Below are positions 12,367 through 26,129 of a DNA stretch of 64,000 bases, piece after piece. The stretch spans positions 1 to 64,000 of the forward strand of contig NW_003314375.1 in assembly GCF_000143415.4 (NCBI RefSeq), in the 5' to 3' direction. Both the position numbers and the translations under genes were made by a program. Positions within the stretch are counted from its first letter, which is position 1, and each line of letters starts with the position of its first letter. The notes beneath the pieces were generated by a model. It searched no databases. It saw nothing but the letters and a program-made list of their open reading frames with translations, and was not told the origin of the DNA. The stretch is from Selaginella moellendorffii. Taxonomy: Eukaryota > Plantae > Lycopodiophyta.

Positions 12367-13134
12367 CTATTTATAATAGCTTATTCTCCTTGTAAGAAGC
12401 TGTTTATTAGCGCGAGAACCAGGGTCAACAAAAGATTAAGGAAATAATTCTTCTCAACATGCTCCATGTCACTTGCTCGGTGCAGGGCGGTGATGTCAGT
12501 GATCCAACATATCTCAAGAATCGCTTGCCTCCAACATTAAGCAGCGAGGGATCCACCACTTGAACATCTTGCTCGCCACTCAGCTCAAGTAGAAAATGGC
12601 AACCTTACCAAAAAGACGAAAAAACCTCTCACAAATCACGAAGAAAACCCAGATCTCTGTTTACCTGATCGATAAAAGGGTCGTACTCAGATCCAATCGT
12701 GTACATGATGGCGACGGACAAGATGCCCACGAGATGCTTCTCATTCACAGTGTCGCTGTGAACATGGATGTGATACTCGCTACAAGGATGATATGGATTC
12801 AGGAGATACATACTGCTATGTCGTGGTCGAGATTGGTGAGAGGCATTCGTTGGTATCTCGTCTGGAGCAGCTTCAAAGAGCACACTGGTTGGAGCCTCTC
12901 GGATTGAATGTCCACCGGAGATTGCATTCTGCCGCTGCTGCAAACCCTCCATTCTTGTCTCAAGTTTCCCCATTTTGCCTGGCCTCGAGTCCCATTCGAG
13001 TAGTCATACTCCTCGGCTAGAAGAAAAGAAAACAATATATGATCGATCAATTTCGTTTGAAAACTATATACCTGCTTGTGTGATGATCATGGCTTGTGCA
13101 GAAACTAACAGCAATAGTATGAGATTCTCTCCAT
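12367..13134 (-). pseudogene. Alpha-carbonic anhydrase pseudogene (inverted duplicate of 30027-31093)
   Basis: EEYDYSNGTRGQAKWG...GRMQSPVDI and RYVGSLTSPPCTEQVTW are retained. The segment VEGHLVH carrying the third Zn ligand, exon 5 and most of exon 6 are deleted, and there are frameshifts. Confidence 0.85.
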
Positions 13135-16100
13135 CTCTCCTAAACCCCATTAACACTTTAGTCAGCCGTGATCCGTGGAACGCGAAAAAAACCTTTTGAG
13201 TTACAGTTGGAATCCACATTCACATCCGATGTGAATGTGGCACGGCCTTTGGCACGCGGGGTCCCCAAAATAAATAAAGGCATCAGCATCAGCATCTTGT
13301 GGGTTTTCTTCCTGGGCGTTGGGTGCTGGGCGCCTCTCAGGTACGTTTTTCTCCCCTCATGGCGAGGATTTGGGCGCTCTAAAAAGAAATGCGAGCTGCA
13401 CGGGTGTTCATACAGTGTCTCCTTTCTTCTCTTCTAGCCTGCTGAGAATGGTGAGATGCATGCTGCCCCAGACGGGATCAACCAGCATGGTCGATGATGA
13501 CAAGAGATAAAGTTTATTTCCTGTTTGTAGATCATTCGTTTTTTCCTAAAACTGTCTAGAGTAGGGTATTTCCCAATTGCGTGTGTGGAAGCACCTGGTT
13601 TGTGTAGGCTTTTCAATTTAGAGAAGCAGGTCTAATGGAGGATGAAGAATATAGTGTTGCTTATCATGGCATTGATGTTTCTGATGAGTCAAGTGTTGAG
13701 AGTGAGACTGTTGAGGATACAGATGTTTTTTGAGGTAAGTTAAATTATCCATTATCATACTAAATCTATTGTATACTAAAATTGTCATTTACACAGGATT
13801 TGAAAATTTCCTCCGGTCGTGATGCTTTAGTAGAAGTCTAACTAATTTTGCCACTTAAAATTCTCTAAACCAAAACTACTAATTACTTTGCAACTTACTT
13901 TGGAATTTCAAAGCTAACATTATAGAAGTACATTAGGCTTATTGATCCTAATTGAAGGGATGTATATAATAAGATGCCGCTAGGAAAGTATTAAATCTTG
14001 TTTAGGCTAATGTTTTTATGAATCATGTTTGCACAAACTAGGGGCTTATTAACCCCACTCCAACTTTAGAACCACAAAATATTGTTTTAGTGGACATTAA
14101 ATATGGCAAACATTAACTATATACGATTTAGCTAGACTTCAACAGAGACATATGACTAGAATTTGCCAACAAGTAGATTCAAATGATATGCTTTATGCAC
14201 TATGCTAAATGGATTGTAAGTTTAATTTTATATTCTACAAACTAGCACTAGTCACAAAAGTACTAGACAACATCAATATATCCACATAAGTATTTTCCTT
14301 AAATTGCATTATCTAAAGTTTACTAAGAATGCATATAAGTTCTTGTTCAACTAGAAGTAATGTGTAAGCAACTAAAAAAAATGACTCATAAAGGTTCAAA
14401 TATAAAAAGAAAGGGCTTATGAATAAGAGTGCACTCTTTTTTCCAATCAGTTAAAGGTTTTGGGATATTTGGGATTAAACCTTTTTGGGTTTGATAGTAC
14501 TGAGTTCAATGACTTCCCAAGAAGTCTAAATTCAGGAAATTACACAATGATTTGACATAAGTGACAAATACAACAATGCTACTACACTTGCAAGTAAAGA
14601 GGATGTATAATTTGGGTTATTTCACACATAAGAGCTCAAAGCTATATTAGATGCAACTACAAAGATGGAGTTGATAACCACAAATGACCTAGACTTTAGT
14701 TTAGTGATTTTGCTATTGGCATTGGAAGCAATAGAGACAAATATATAATTTCAACAATTGCTAGCTATGCCAAATTTGTCTAGATGGGTAGTGTGGCTTT
14801 TTTACGTCGCATGCTAAATGACCATGCCATAGCACATTGATGGGAGTGGCAACTAGTCCTAGCTACTGCAGGGGTCCTCAAGGTTGACTTTGAGTGACTC
14901 TTTTGTAATGGTAGCATTTAGGATGTTCTCACTAGGGAGAGAGGACATGTTGGAAGAGACTGCATCTTGGTACTAGGAAAAAAGATGAATTAGAATGATT
15001 ACATTGTTACACTTTCTTATATTGAATATATTTATCTGGCACCTATGGAGGAACAAGGATGCAATTTGAAGTTTAAAGGACTTGTTTGAGAGAACAAACA
15101 CACTCTACATGTGTTTCTTGGGTTTCCTCATTGGCAATATGATGCTTTGACTGTATAGAGAGGCATAAAGACAGTTGCACAACTCAAAGTTAATGGTAAG
15201 GATTTGCATCAAAATTTAGCTTTAACACTAATATTGTTTCAAATTGCCCTAAGATGTGAGTTCACATGTTTCTAGTTTCAATTTTGACTGCATCCAAGGA
15301 CACCAGAACTTAACATTATGTACACAGTAGAACTTGGCAATGGTTTTGTTTTGAAGGACCAAGTTGTGGATGCCGAAGGCCCAATACAAAATGTATTGTG
15401 TGAAGCTTTTTATCAAGTTCCAAGCAATGTAAGTTCAACTTCATACATCCATAGTTTTCATACCTCATATTTTGCACTTACATTATACTTGATTTGAATG
15501 TTTGTAATGGGAGAAGGTGGTGCCCTCATAGAAGAATGCATGTCTATGATAGTGTGGCAAGTATTGTTTGACAAGCCAAAGTAGGTAGCAGACATGCTAA
15601 AGGCAGATTTTGCTCACTCCATGACAAAGGGGGCATTACAAATACCCCACCAGAGAAGGATCCTACTTGGCACATTGGCCAGCCTAACACGGATGTGCTT
15701 CTTCAAGTTTTCTAGGTACACATGATCATCTAGCTAGAACAATTCATTGAGTGCCTATAATTTAGCAACAATATAGATGAGAACTCACGCACTTGATCAT
15801 CTAGATTGTCATGGGTATGGATATGGTTGGTAGTGATAATCCTCCTAACTTGAAAATTGCCTCTTCTTTAGAAATGAATAGTAAGTGGCTCTCAAAATTA
15901 CACCACAATCCATATGACTCCTTGAATTCAGACTGAGTGAGCCAATATGGATTTAATGTAATACAATGAACAGCTAGCTTGACTAGCATCTCACAATCTA
16001 GACTTGCTTGAGGGAGATATTGTTCTTGTCAAGCTACTGTAGCAAGGAGACTTGCTATATCAATTGCTTTCTAACCTAGTCTTATATGGTAGAAATGGTG

Positions 16101-17984
16101 AATGTGAATTTAAACTCTTATAAAGTAAGAAATTCCAAACTGTCTAGAGTCCAAGTTCATCATGAGAATATTTTATATATTTTAGCAGACATTTGATTTT
16201 TCACTCGTTTCCTTTAGTAGACAAAGATACGTTCATCATGGCTTCTAATAAATCTTCTAAAATGGAATTACTTTAACTACTTTAGAAACAAGAGCCACAA
16301 TCTTCTAAACTGTGAGGTTGATCCAGATACTCTTTAGTAATCACATAACCTCTTTGCATCTTTATCTTTCATTTCCCCTTTTATTTGGGCTTGGTGTTGG
16401 ATGTTGGCTTAGACTGTTGGCCATAATCACGTGGATGAGATTTAACCCAATCAGCTAGAACCACGGGCCTAGAGCCTTTTTGTAGCTAAATCTCGACTTC
16501 ATACAGTGAGTAAAATCCCCTCTAAAGCACTGTGTAATTTGAAAAACCTTGACCTACTCCATGGAATAAGAAGGAGGATTGATGGAGCCATATGAGATGT
16601 GAAGTATAAAAAAAAATTATTGCTTACCAAGGGATGAACAATATTCCCATGTCTTCCTGCCACAAGAAATAGCATATATTGGATAGTTCTGGCCCATCCT
16701 TGCTCACCTAAAGCCTTGGATTTTTAATTTTTCACTACAATGGTTAGTTTAAATTTGTTTTTTTGACAAACTCTGAAAGTTTAGTGTATCTTTGAAACTA
16801 ATTTTAGCATTCAAGTTAATTTTTCTGCCATATAACACTACCTTTTAGTTTACCACTGATTTCACATGAGACAATCCTTACACTTCTAGCTTTAGTAATA
16901 CACAGAATTGCTAGTAATACAAGATGGTTGAGCCAAATTGTAGAACCTATTGGCATTTATTATAAGTTGTGGTACTTTATGTTTCAACAATTGTTGAAAA
17001 TCTTTACCCCATAGTTGGTTGAACTTGCATTGCAATACTGCAGAATTAGTTATAGATTAGCACATTATAAGAAGAATTTACTTGCCTGGCATTATGCCAA
17101 TTTTCTCTTCTAGTCTTCTGCTTTGTTGTGACATTGTAAGCTTCACAAATGAGAAAGTGGGTAATTTGGGTAAAAAGTCATAGATTATATAGATATTCGA
17201 TGGTATGCAAGAGATGGAAAGTGTTGGTTGTCTTCCAGAACAAATGTTTTTGAGTGAAAAATCATTACACAGCTCATACAACGGAACAACATCAGTGACA
17301 AGAGCCGCCACAAGCATCACCAGGATGATTTTCAGCATTACCTCCATCTACAGCAGAGTTAGAAGAGGAGAGATTTCACTCATAATTGATTGAAAACACT
17401 TGTCCAGCCACTGGAAACACCTCCCTGGAAAACCTCCTTGGACTGCCACGAGTTATCTGTGGAGCAGCTTGAGGCCTGGCCTTCATGATGACTGAAGCTT
17501 GAGGATGATGCTCTTGAGGTCTCGGCAATCACCATCACACTGTGGATTCTAAGGACCCTCTCTAGGACATGGAGCTGATACAGGAAGGATGGATTGTTGA
17601 GTGCTTGATCGTGCACTGTCAGGCTTAGCTTGTCACATCACAATCCACAAGCTGCCACAATGCTTGCAATACCTGGCCCTCTGCATCAACAATTCAAGTA
17701 TTGGTATGGTTCTTGGACTTCTGTGAGTTCTCCTCCCAATCTGAGCTGGTCTGATCACTTTTGCATGATGCTCTTGAGCTTGCCCACCCCAAGCCATTGA
17801 GCCATGCGTGACCCATCATTCAGAAGTTGTGTGTCATGGATTAGTCATTGATGCTCATGTGAATAGGCATCAGAAGATTATCCAATAAACATTTGCCACG
17901 TGGACGTAAAATTTACGCATGCAATGCTACATTTTTTACAAATTGCACGCCATACCTGCTCCAATCTCTTTATTTTAATGCAGT

Positions 17985-18360
17985 TTCTTCAACACAAGGC
18001 ACGTTCCAAATGTAACTTCTTCAATGCAGAGAGGGAAGACACCCGAAACCTCACGGTGCTTGGTTCCGCCATTTCCAAAGAGAACCACCATCTCCAAACA
18101 ATCAAGCTCAGAGTGTCAAAGTCCTTGCCATTTTCATGCAACTCGCCATTCTCGATAAGAGGAGAAACACTGGAAGAACCTCCAGGCCTCGCCACGCCCA
18201 AATCCTTCATTCCATCTCTCAACAGATGCCAGGAAAAACGCCCAAGAGCCTGCGTCATAATCCCTTCCTTCGCCGTGCTCTCCAGTCTTGCTGTCCTCGA
18301 CATGCTGAGAAGAGGAGAAACACTGTGGAAGAACGCCCGTGTCTTAAATCCTGGAACACC
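17985..18360. repeat. Direct duplicate of ~28535-28970 (gene-fragment-like; possibly F-box/LRR remnant on minus strand)
   Basis: Shared strings GGGAAGACACCCGAAACCTCAC, CCATCTCCAAACAATCAAGCTCAGAG, GTCCTCGACATGCTGAGAAG, GAAACACTGTGGAAGAACGCCCG. Confidence 0.75.
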
Positions 18361-18539
18361 CAGTTTCAAACTTTAGGGACCTCAATCCTAAGTCAACAAA
18401 TCACATATGTATGGAGTAATAACGGGAACATGCCATGGCCATCTGATGGGCATAAAATTGTACAACACTTGGATAGTCTTGTGCATTCGGTTTATCAGAC
18501 ACGCATATCATCATCCACGCACGGTTTACAAATTATGTT

Positions 18540-19035
18540 CTAGATAATGGCCCAAGAACTCTCTGGTCCTTAGGTCTGCCAGTGGCTCTTAATCTTTCCC
18601 ATCATGAGAAGTGTACTCCAGCAAAGCTCTTGGTCTCAAAGGTCCCAGTCCATCACCTCTCCACAAGCGTGAGCCATGGTACCCTCCGCTCCTGAATGTT
18701 AGTGGTGTTGCCCGGTAAATTTAAACCTACTTTGATTCTTTGCCGGCTTCGATAAAATGCCACGAAGGCATCTCAGACTTGCATTGCCAAAATCATCAAA
18801 GACGCGTTTCATCCTCGCCTGAGCTGAGCACATTGGCAAATAAGGCCGGTCAAATTTGTGAAAAAAGATTTGTTAACTGGTACGTGCATTCAAGACAAAA
18901 GCAAAGTGCCGGATGTACCAGAAGAACTTCTGAGGATTTCAGTAACTTACGAAGATACTTTATACTGGAGTCACGTTCTCACTGTGAAGTAGAGCTTCCC
19001 ATCATTTCCATGGTAGCCATAGCTATTTGGCTCTC
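18540..19035. repeat. Inverted duplicate of ~32575-33065
   Basis: TTGCATTGCCAAAATCATCAAAGA, AATAAGGCCGGTCAAATTTG, CAGTAACTTACGAAGATA and GTAGAGCTTCCCATC match (with small indels) reverse complements at 32580-32890. Confidence 0.75.
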
Positions 19036-19559
19036 ATCTGGCGTGGACGAGCTTGGCTGGGGCTTGCAAGCTCCACCAGATTCTGGATTGCTGCACTGAA
19101 TGTCACAGCACTTAAATGGCCTTTTGTTCTTCATCCAGAACGATGTCAACGGTCTCGCTTAAGGCACTTGGATTGGCATCTTGTCCCATAAAGCGTGTAA
19201 CGGTTGGCCGCTGTGCAGAAACGTAGTTCCGATCCTGTTCAAAAGCTAGTAGAGCCTCATGCTAATCCACGGTGGAAGTGCTTGTGGTGGTGGTGCTGGT
19301 TAGGGTGCTGTCTTGATGGGGAGAAGGTGTAGTTTGTTCCAGGTGTCTGCCAAACTCTTGGCCTTTCATTGTGGCTCTCAAGCCTTGGAGCAAAGCCAGA
19401 TGTAAGAGAGCTCAACTCAGCCAGGGAGCTTTGATCCACAGTCAGGCTGTGAAGCATGGATGTATCAACCAAAAAGGACTCCGACCCTGAACCCAAGGCT
19501 GCATCGGAGCCATAGATTTGATCATGCACAGCATATGCTGGTAATTAAAACCACCAGCC

Positions 19560-22500
19560 TTTTAAAGGGGTGAATCTGAGTTGTGGATCCCCATCTCCAT
19601 TCATATCAATATACAGCACTCATTCACTCATCTTTCCCTCTCAGCCCCCGGAGATCGGGCCCTTTCCCCCTTTTTTTTCTCACTAGCAGTAGATATCCAA
19701 TGAAGAGGAGTATCCACACCTATTCATTTGGCAACCACGGCCTCTGAATTCCCCTTCAGATAGCAAGAAATATCAAGAAATCTACCCAATGCGCCAAGAT
19801 TCGACAAGCAAATGCCACCACCAACATGGATCAACAGCGTCCAAGCAGTCGCTGCCCAACGCAGCAGAGGAAGACACTTCCCAAAGGAGATCTTTGAAGA
19901 ATCTGAAAGCTCTCTCTCAAGATCTCCGAGTTCAATCATTGATGAAGAACTCCAACAACTCCGACACGACATGATTCGACCAACAACCGAGTTTCTGCAC
20001 CAACAACCATCTTCGACAAGAAACTCCAGTCGACCAGCACCTCCATCAGCGGATGCCCTTGGCAACTTCATTAGCCAACTCTGACTCCTAGCACAAGAAC
20101 ATACACTCCAAGCTTGAGAACTCAACCAGTGCGCTCAACACGAACCGACACCACTGCCGAAATGCACCCCTCTTTTGAGCAATCGTCAACCTGGCAATCC
20201 CAGAGCTCCGACACGATTCCAGTTCCCACACCCACTCCCAATACTGAAGCACATCCTCCGGACCTGCACCAATGACGAACCCATCACTCTGTTACCCGAT
20301 GTTGGAGAACTCATCGAGGGACAACTCGACAATGCACCACCAATTTTTTGGCAACCCCTCCAACAGAGTTTGCAGCTCAGCACCAAAACGACAGTCCGAA
20401 CTCGGTTCGAAGTCAACACGTTTGCCGCAACAACTCTTGCCAATCATGCCATTGCCCGATCTGGACTCGAACAACTCAACAACATTATCGAAGAAATCAT
20501 TCCAGACAAACCCAAGTATCCCAAACTGTTCATCAAACTCCATCTCGGCACTGGCAAGTGGACAACCAGTCTGCATACTATGCCAGCCAACTCAATCCAA
20601 CACAACTCAACTAAACACAACCCTACTCAGCTCAACCTGACCTGACACAACCCAACCCAACATGCACCACCGTTGACATTTGCACCAAAAAGAAAGAACA
20701 AGCTCAAGAAACAAGTCGACCAGATCCATCATTACTCGATTTCTGACAACTTTATCGACAATCGGACCGCTGACAGTCTTCCCGAAGTTCTGACAGAACT
20801 GCATGACCGACTTGACACAACTACTCCAACAAGTTCGAACACTCCCCGACGACATTCAGGAACTCATCCGACAGAAGACTCGAGACCTCCTTCCCCGGAG
20901 TCACTTTGCTCAATTGACTAATGGCATACTTCTCTATGGGGAAGAATTTCTAGGACCCTTAGGACAATTAGAGTTGTTTTATTTTTTATTTCTTTATGAA
21001 ATTAAATCTGTTTCAGCATTTTGGATCAACACAGAATTCATCTGCAGACACAAGTATGACACTGATAACAAGTAGAAGAATGCATGTATCCAAAACCAAG
21101 AAGAACATCTAGCAAGTCGGAACAAGATTGACAATGGTTTATCCGATGTTTAAATAGAGATTTGAATAATTTAGAAACAAAGAGAAAGAAAGACCAAGAG
21201 AAGTTGAATTAAGTTTTTAAACCCTCCAAAAGAGAGAATTACATTTGATGCGAATTGTTACCGCAACCTAACTCTGACAAACCAATCTCAGACATCTGCA
21301 AAGAATATGACAACTACACAACACCACTGGACATACCACTTGCAGCACCCTCAATGGCACCCACCAAAGTGCCCGAGCCTGACCAAACATTTGAGCAGTC
21401 GACACAAACTACGCCTGAGCAACAAAACATTTTTCAAGCAGCATACAACCAGTTCAAAGGTACATTCACTAACCCCATCTATGGTGATGACGAATGATTG
21501 AGTTTCCTGCCCAGCTTTACAGACTTCACCAAACCAGCACCATTTTTGCCATACCGACCGATCTTCACAGCATTGATATATCTGACATTTGTGTCCAACA
21601 TCTACCAAAGCCTGCTATCAGCAAGACCTTTCAAACACGCTTTCGACTTCAACTCACCAACAAGACAACAACTCAACTTCACCCACTATGGTTGCACTCT
21701 GATATACCCAGTCAACAGTAGTGAAGACGAACAACTTGAATCGTCCAATAGTCAAGCACTCAACGAAGAAGTCAACAACTCACATTGAGCTGACGAACAG
21801 CTGCAATCATCCAACAACAATGAGGTCAATGAACCAATCGTCAACGACAACAATCTTCAACAGCAACCACAATCATCACACAACTATACACTCGAAGAAC
21901 TCTTCGGCAATCTAGAAGAACAACCACAACCAACACAACATAACTCTGACAAGGACGTTGACAACAAGTTCAACAGCATCTTCCAGAAATCAACACTGGC
22001 AAGCAACCCGACACCGACGACGATGTCGATGACACACCTGAAAAGAGTCTCAAGAAAGAAGAAAAAACAGAGGAGAGTCCACTAAACAACAACAACAATC
22101 CACCAGCTTCCTCCGACACCGACTTTGCCATTGACCCCAACAACCCCTTGCTACAAATTACCTTCGGACTCCACGGCGAGAACTTGACAAAACAACCTCG
22201 ACAATACCGACATTACTACCAACTGCAAATGGCAGTCACTACCGCCATTGCCAACATACCCGTCAGAAGACACTATCCACTATTTCATGGTCTAAAGTCA
22301 AAAGATGCCAAGAAACATGTCGAACAGTTCCGAGAAGCAATTGGAATCAACGGCCAAATGACCAAACTCCCATACTACTTCCGGTGTACCCTTCAAAAGA
22401 GAGCCAACGAATGGGCTCAAACGCTTCCTCAAAATACAAGTTTTGACAACCTCGCACTCAAGCTTTTTGACCGATTCAAGTCTTCCCTCACTCAAAGCCA

Positions 22501-25500
22501 ATGACTTCACAAGATCCAAAAACTCAAGCAGAAGTCCAGTCAATAAACCTTCACTTGACATGCCAGCAAATGCAGCAACAGCACCACTAAAACTTTACTT
22601 TACCAATGGTACGTGCAAGGCCTCTGATGATCCCTCCAAGAAGCAGCAACACACATCAACGTTGCCACTTACCTCAAACTAGCAAGAGCACTTCAAGATG
22701 TTCAAGCTCGACAAATTACAGCACAAGTCGACGACACTGACGACTGAGATTCCAACAGCAGTTCTGACAATGACTCCAATGATGAACTTGGAGAGAGTGC
22801 CAAGTCAAAACTTTGGAAACTCAGAAAAATGATCGACAAGCTCAAGGGAAAAGTCAAGGCCGACATCAAAGAATTTTGATCTAGAATTTAATGTACTAAG
22901 TGCAAGAATGAAAAACATCTGGCAAGTGACTGCAAACTCCAAATCTCCAAATGCCAAATCTGCACCAAAGAAGGTCATGAAGCCAAGATTTGCAAATTTT
23001 GAAATTCTCCGGAAGTTCAACAAATCTCGAATTATCCCTGACAGTAGTTTTGACAACCATATCCGAATCAATATTTCAACAACTACCCAGCACCATCTCT
23101 ACCAAACTAGAGACCACTAAGAAAGAACTTCCAACAACAGAGTTGACAATGGAATGATCAACCTCACTACAACAACTACAACAACAATTACAACAATGAC
23201 TACAACAACAACTACAATAATCAACAATACCTGCCAAATTGGAACTACCCGGCAAACCGGGACAACATTTCACCACTGAGTTCAAAATCTGACACAAAAT
23301 GTCTGACACTATACTATTCTCAAGGCAACGTTCAAGCAGAAGCAACGAACAAAACACTAAAGACCATCCTTAAAAAAGTCATCAACGATTCTGGCAAAGA
23401 CTGGGACGAAAAACTTCTTGACGTACTTTGGGCCTATCGAACTGCGCATAAAGTCATCACCAACATGATGCCATTCAAACTCACCTTNNNNNNNNNNNNN
23501 NNNNNNNNNNNNNNNNNNNNNNNNNNNNNNNNNNNNNNNNNNNNNNNNNNNNNNNNNNNNNNNNNNNNNNNNNNNNNNNNNNNNNNNATCACTCACGCCA
23601 ATTGAATTTATCATCCCAAGCATGCAAGTCACTGTCAAGTATAATCTCAACACCCAACACACATTTGAGAAAGGCATCAGCAACTCGAACGTCTTGACAA
23701 ACTTCGACTCAATGCCCTCTGGACACTTTACACCATCCAAAAACAGAGAAAAGCTTGGCACGACTGACAGGCATCCCAGCACAACATTCTGAAATACAGT
23801 GTTGACGATCATGTTCTCTGGTACTGGGGACCCATTGGCAAACTCGGCCGAAAACTCCACACCATCTGGCAAGGACCTTTCAAAATCATTACACTCTACC
23901 CCAACGGCACCACCAAAGTCAGCACACTCACCGAAGACTTCATTGAGATTGTCAACCTCAACAAGCTTCAACCATATCATGTTGCCATATTCAGCATCAG
24001 CACCTCAGCAAGTTTCCAACCCGAACCAACAAACACCCCGAAACCAACAGTCAACAATCACCCCAACAGACAAGCTTCAACTCAACTCAATTTGACACAA
24101 CTCAACTCAACTCAACAACAAACAGCAGCAACAAACAACATCTCTAAGTCCAAATCTACTGTTGGATCAACACCAAGTTAACTTCATCAGCAATCTCCAC
24201 CATTAATCTTCAATTAAGCCAAGTCATTTGGTCAACAAATCTCTACCGTTCATCACCAGGAATACGATCAGCCAACCAAAAGTTATGGGTCTCAGAAACC
24301 CTAACGGGGCAAGCACTTCGATCACAGAAAATGATGCAAGCTCATCCACCCCGGCACCATGCACCATATTCCTAGGCTTCCCCAGCAACGACACAACTGC
24401 CTGGCTCAAGGACCATGGATTCGAGCTTCTCCACAAGGCCTTTTTGACACACCCTGACCAAAATCTGGCGAGGAAGCTGGCCACCTCCTTCAACCCCAAG
24501 AACAGCACCATAACTGACAGTGGCAACGAGATCAGCCCAGCAAGAATCGCTTCCGTTTTCAAAATCTCCAACAAGGGACTGCTCAAATTCTCAGGAGAAG
24601 TTCCACAGCAAATCATCAAAGCGAATCTAGAGATTACTGGTGAGCTCACATGGGAGGACATCAAGGAGCAGCATATGGATCGCCTCAAAGCCCTCCTCCT
24701 CTACTACGAACTTTGCCCAACGGATCGCACCATTGGCAAGCGCACAGTAGAGGTCTACGAAGCTCTACTCAATGGCGAATGTGTGAACGTGGCTCATCAT
24801 CTCCATGAGCTCTTTCTCAAGCTTCTCGACCATGCCATCCTCACCACACTCAACAAGAAAACCATGCAGACAGTAATGTTTCCACTGCTGGTAGCTCTAC
24901 ACCAAGCTCTTCCCAACAAGCAACCATGGACAACCCAAACAAACTCTAAAGAACAAAGTGACAGCTCCAAGGATCAGTCAGGATCAGAAGGAGAAACTCC
25001 TAGCAAGAAACTGAAGCCAGCATCTCAACAATCAGGCTCAACTCACTCCAGCAACACCAGCTCCAGCAGCAAACACTCCAATGATTCAACTCTACTTTGC
25101 CGCTGCCTCACACGCAACACACCAGCGAATCCAGCTCGAAAGCTGCTGCTCTGAGAGCACCTCGTCATCAGCGACAATGAAGACAACTCACACCAGCTTC
25201 CACACTCACCCCAGTGCCCAGATCCACTCGAATCAGCCCCAAAACTGACAACTTCTCGCCAACAACTCAACATCTCCAAAGAAAAACGCCAGCTGATAGC
25301 CCAGGGCTCGGTTTCTCCACCATCTAAGAACATCATTCTCAGCATCCCAGCCCCTCGACACGGTCCACGAAAAAAAAACATCAATTACCTTGGCCGATCA
25401 CTCATAGAACACACAACCATGTGTCCTCCAGCAAATGCCGCGACCAGCACCAGCAAAAATTCCGCCCCTTCAACAAAATTTCAAGCGGAAGATTTGGGCC

Positions 25501-25610
25501 GTTCAACCGATACATTAATTTCAGCGCCACATCTGAGCCGTTCATCCAGCTTCAATCCGAAACACTCATCTCCAACCACCTCAAAGAATCTGGACCGACG
25601 CCACTTGCTT
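19560..25610 (+). mobile_element. Degenerate Ty3/gypsy LTR-retrotransposon internal region (gag, 2 zinc knuckles, integrase remnant, extra 3' ORF; no PR/RT/RH seen)
   Basis: gag 22148-22504 (PLFHG..KDAKKHVEQF...YFRCTLQKRANEWAQTL...LFDRF). Two CX2CX4HX4C knuckles at ~22890-22995. Integrase YYSQGNVQAEATNKTLKTILKK...DWDEKL..VLWAYRT (~23310-23450) and WQGPFKI (~23870). 308-aa ORF 24228-25154. Strong C/A strand bias. LTRs not identified; boundaries approximate. Confidence 0.8.
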
Positions 25611-26111
25611 GAGGAGGCATGGTTGCGTGTTCTGTGAGTGATCGGCAAAGTTAGTTGATGTTTTCCTTCGTGGAGCGTGTCAAGGGGGTCGGGGCGGTGA
25701 GAATAACGTTCTCAGCTGGTGAAGAAACCGAGTTCTTGGTGAGCAGCTAACGTTTTCCTTTAGAGATGTTGAGTTGTTGGTGAGAAGTTGTCGGTTTTGG
25801 GGCTGATTCGAGTGGATCCAGGTGCTGGGGTGAGTGTGGAAGCTGGTGTGAGTTGTCTTCATTGTCGCTGATGATGAGGTGCTCTCAAAGCAGCAGCTTT
25901 CGAGCTGGATTCCCTGGTGTGTTGCATGTGAGGCGGCGGCAAAGTAGAGTTGAATCGTTGGAGTGTTTGTTGCTGGAGCTGGTGTTGCTGGAGTGAGCTG
26001 AGCCTGATTGTTGAGATGCTGGCTTCGGTTTCTTGCTCGGAGTTTCTCCTTCTGATCCTGACTGATCCTTGGAGCTGTCGCTTTGTTCTTCAGAATTTGT
26101 TTGGGTTGTCC
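24928..26111. repeat. ~500-bp inverted repeat (arms 24928-25421 and 25618-26111, ~200-bp spacer)
   Basis: ORFs 24228-25154(+) and 25885-26184(-) share TTQTNS.EQSDSSKDQSGSEGETPSKK.KPASQQSGS...NPARKLLL. DNA similarity extends inward to 25421/25618. Confidence 0.9.
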
Positions 26112-26129
26112 CAAAGGGTTTGGGATTTG

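Larger units (their letters stand above)
11968..13461 (-). repeat. Inverted segmental duplicate of ~28978-31486 (tRNA-containing part missing)
   Basis: Reverse-complement matches: 11970-12390 to 31070-31480, 12400-13140 to 30020-30915, and 13280-13461 to 28978-29135. Confidence 0.85.
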
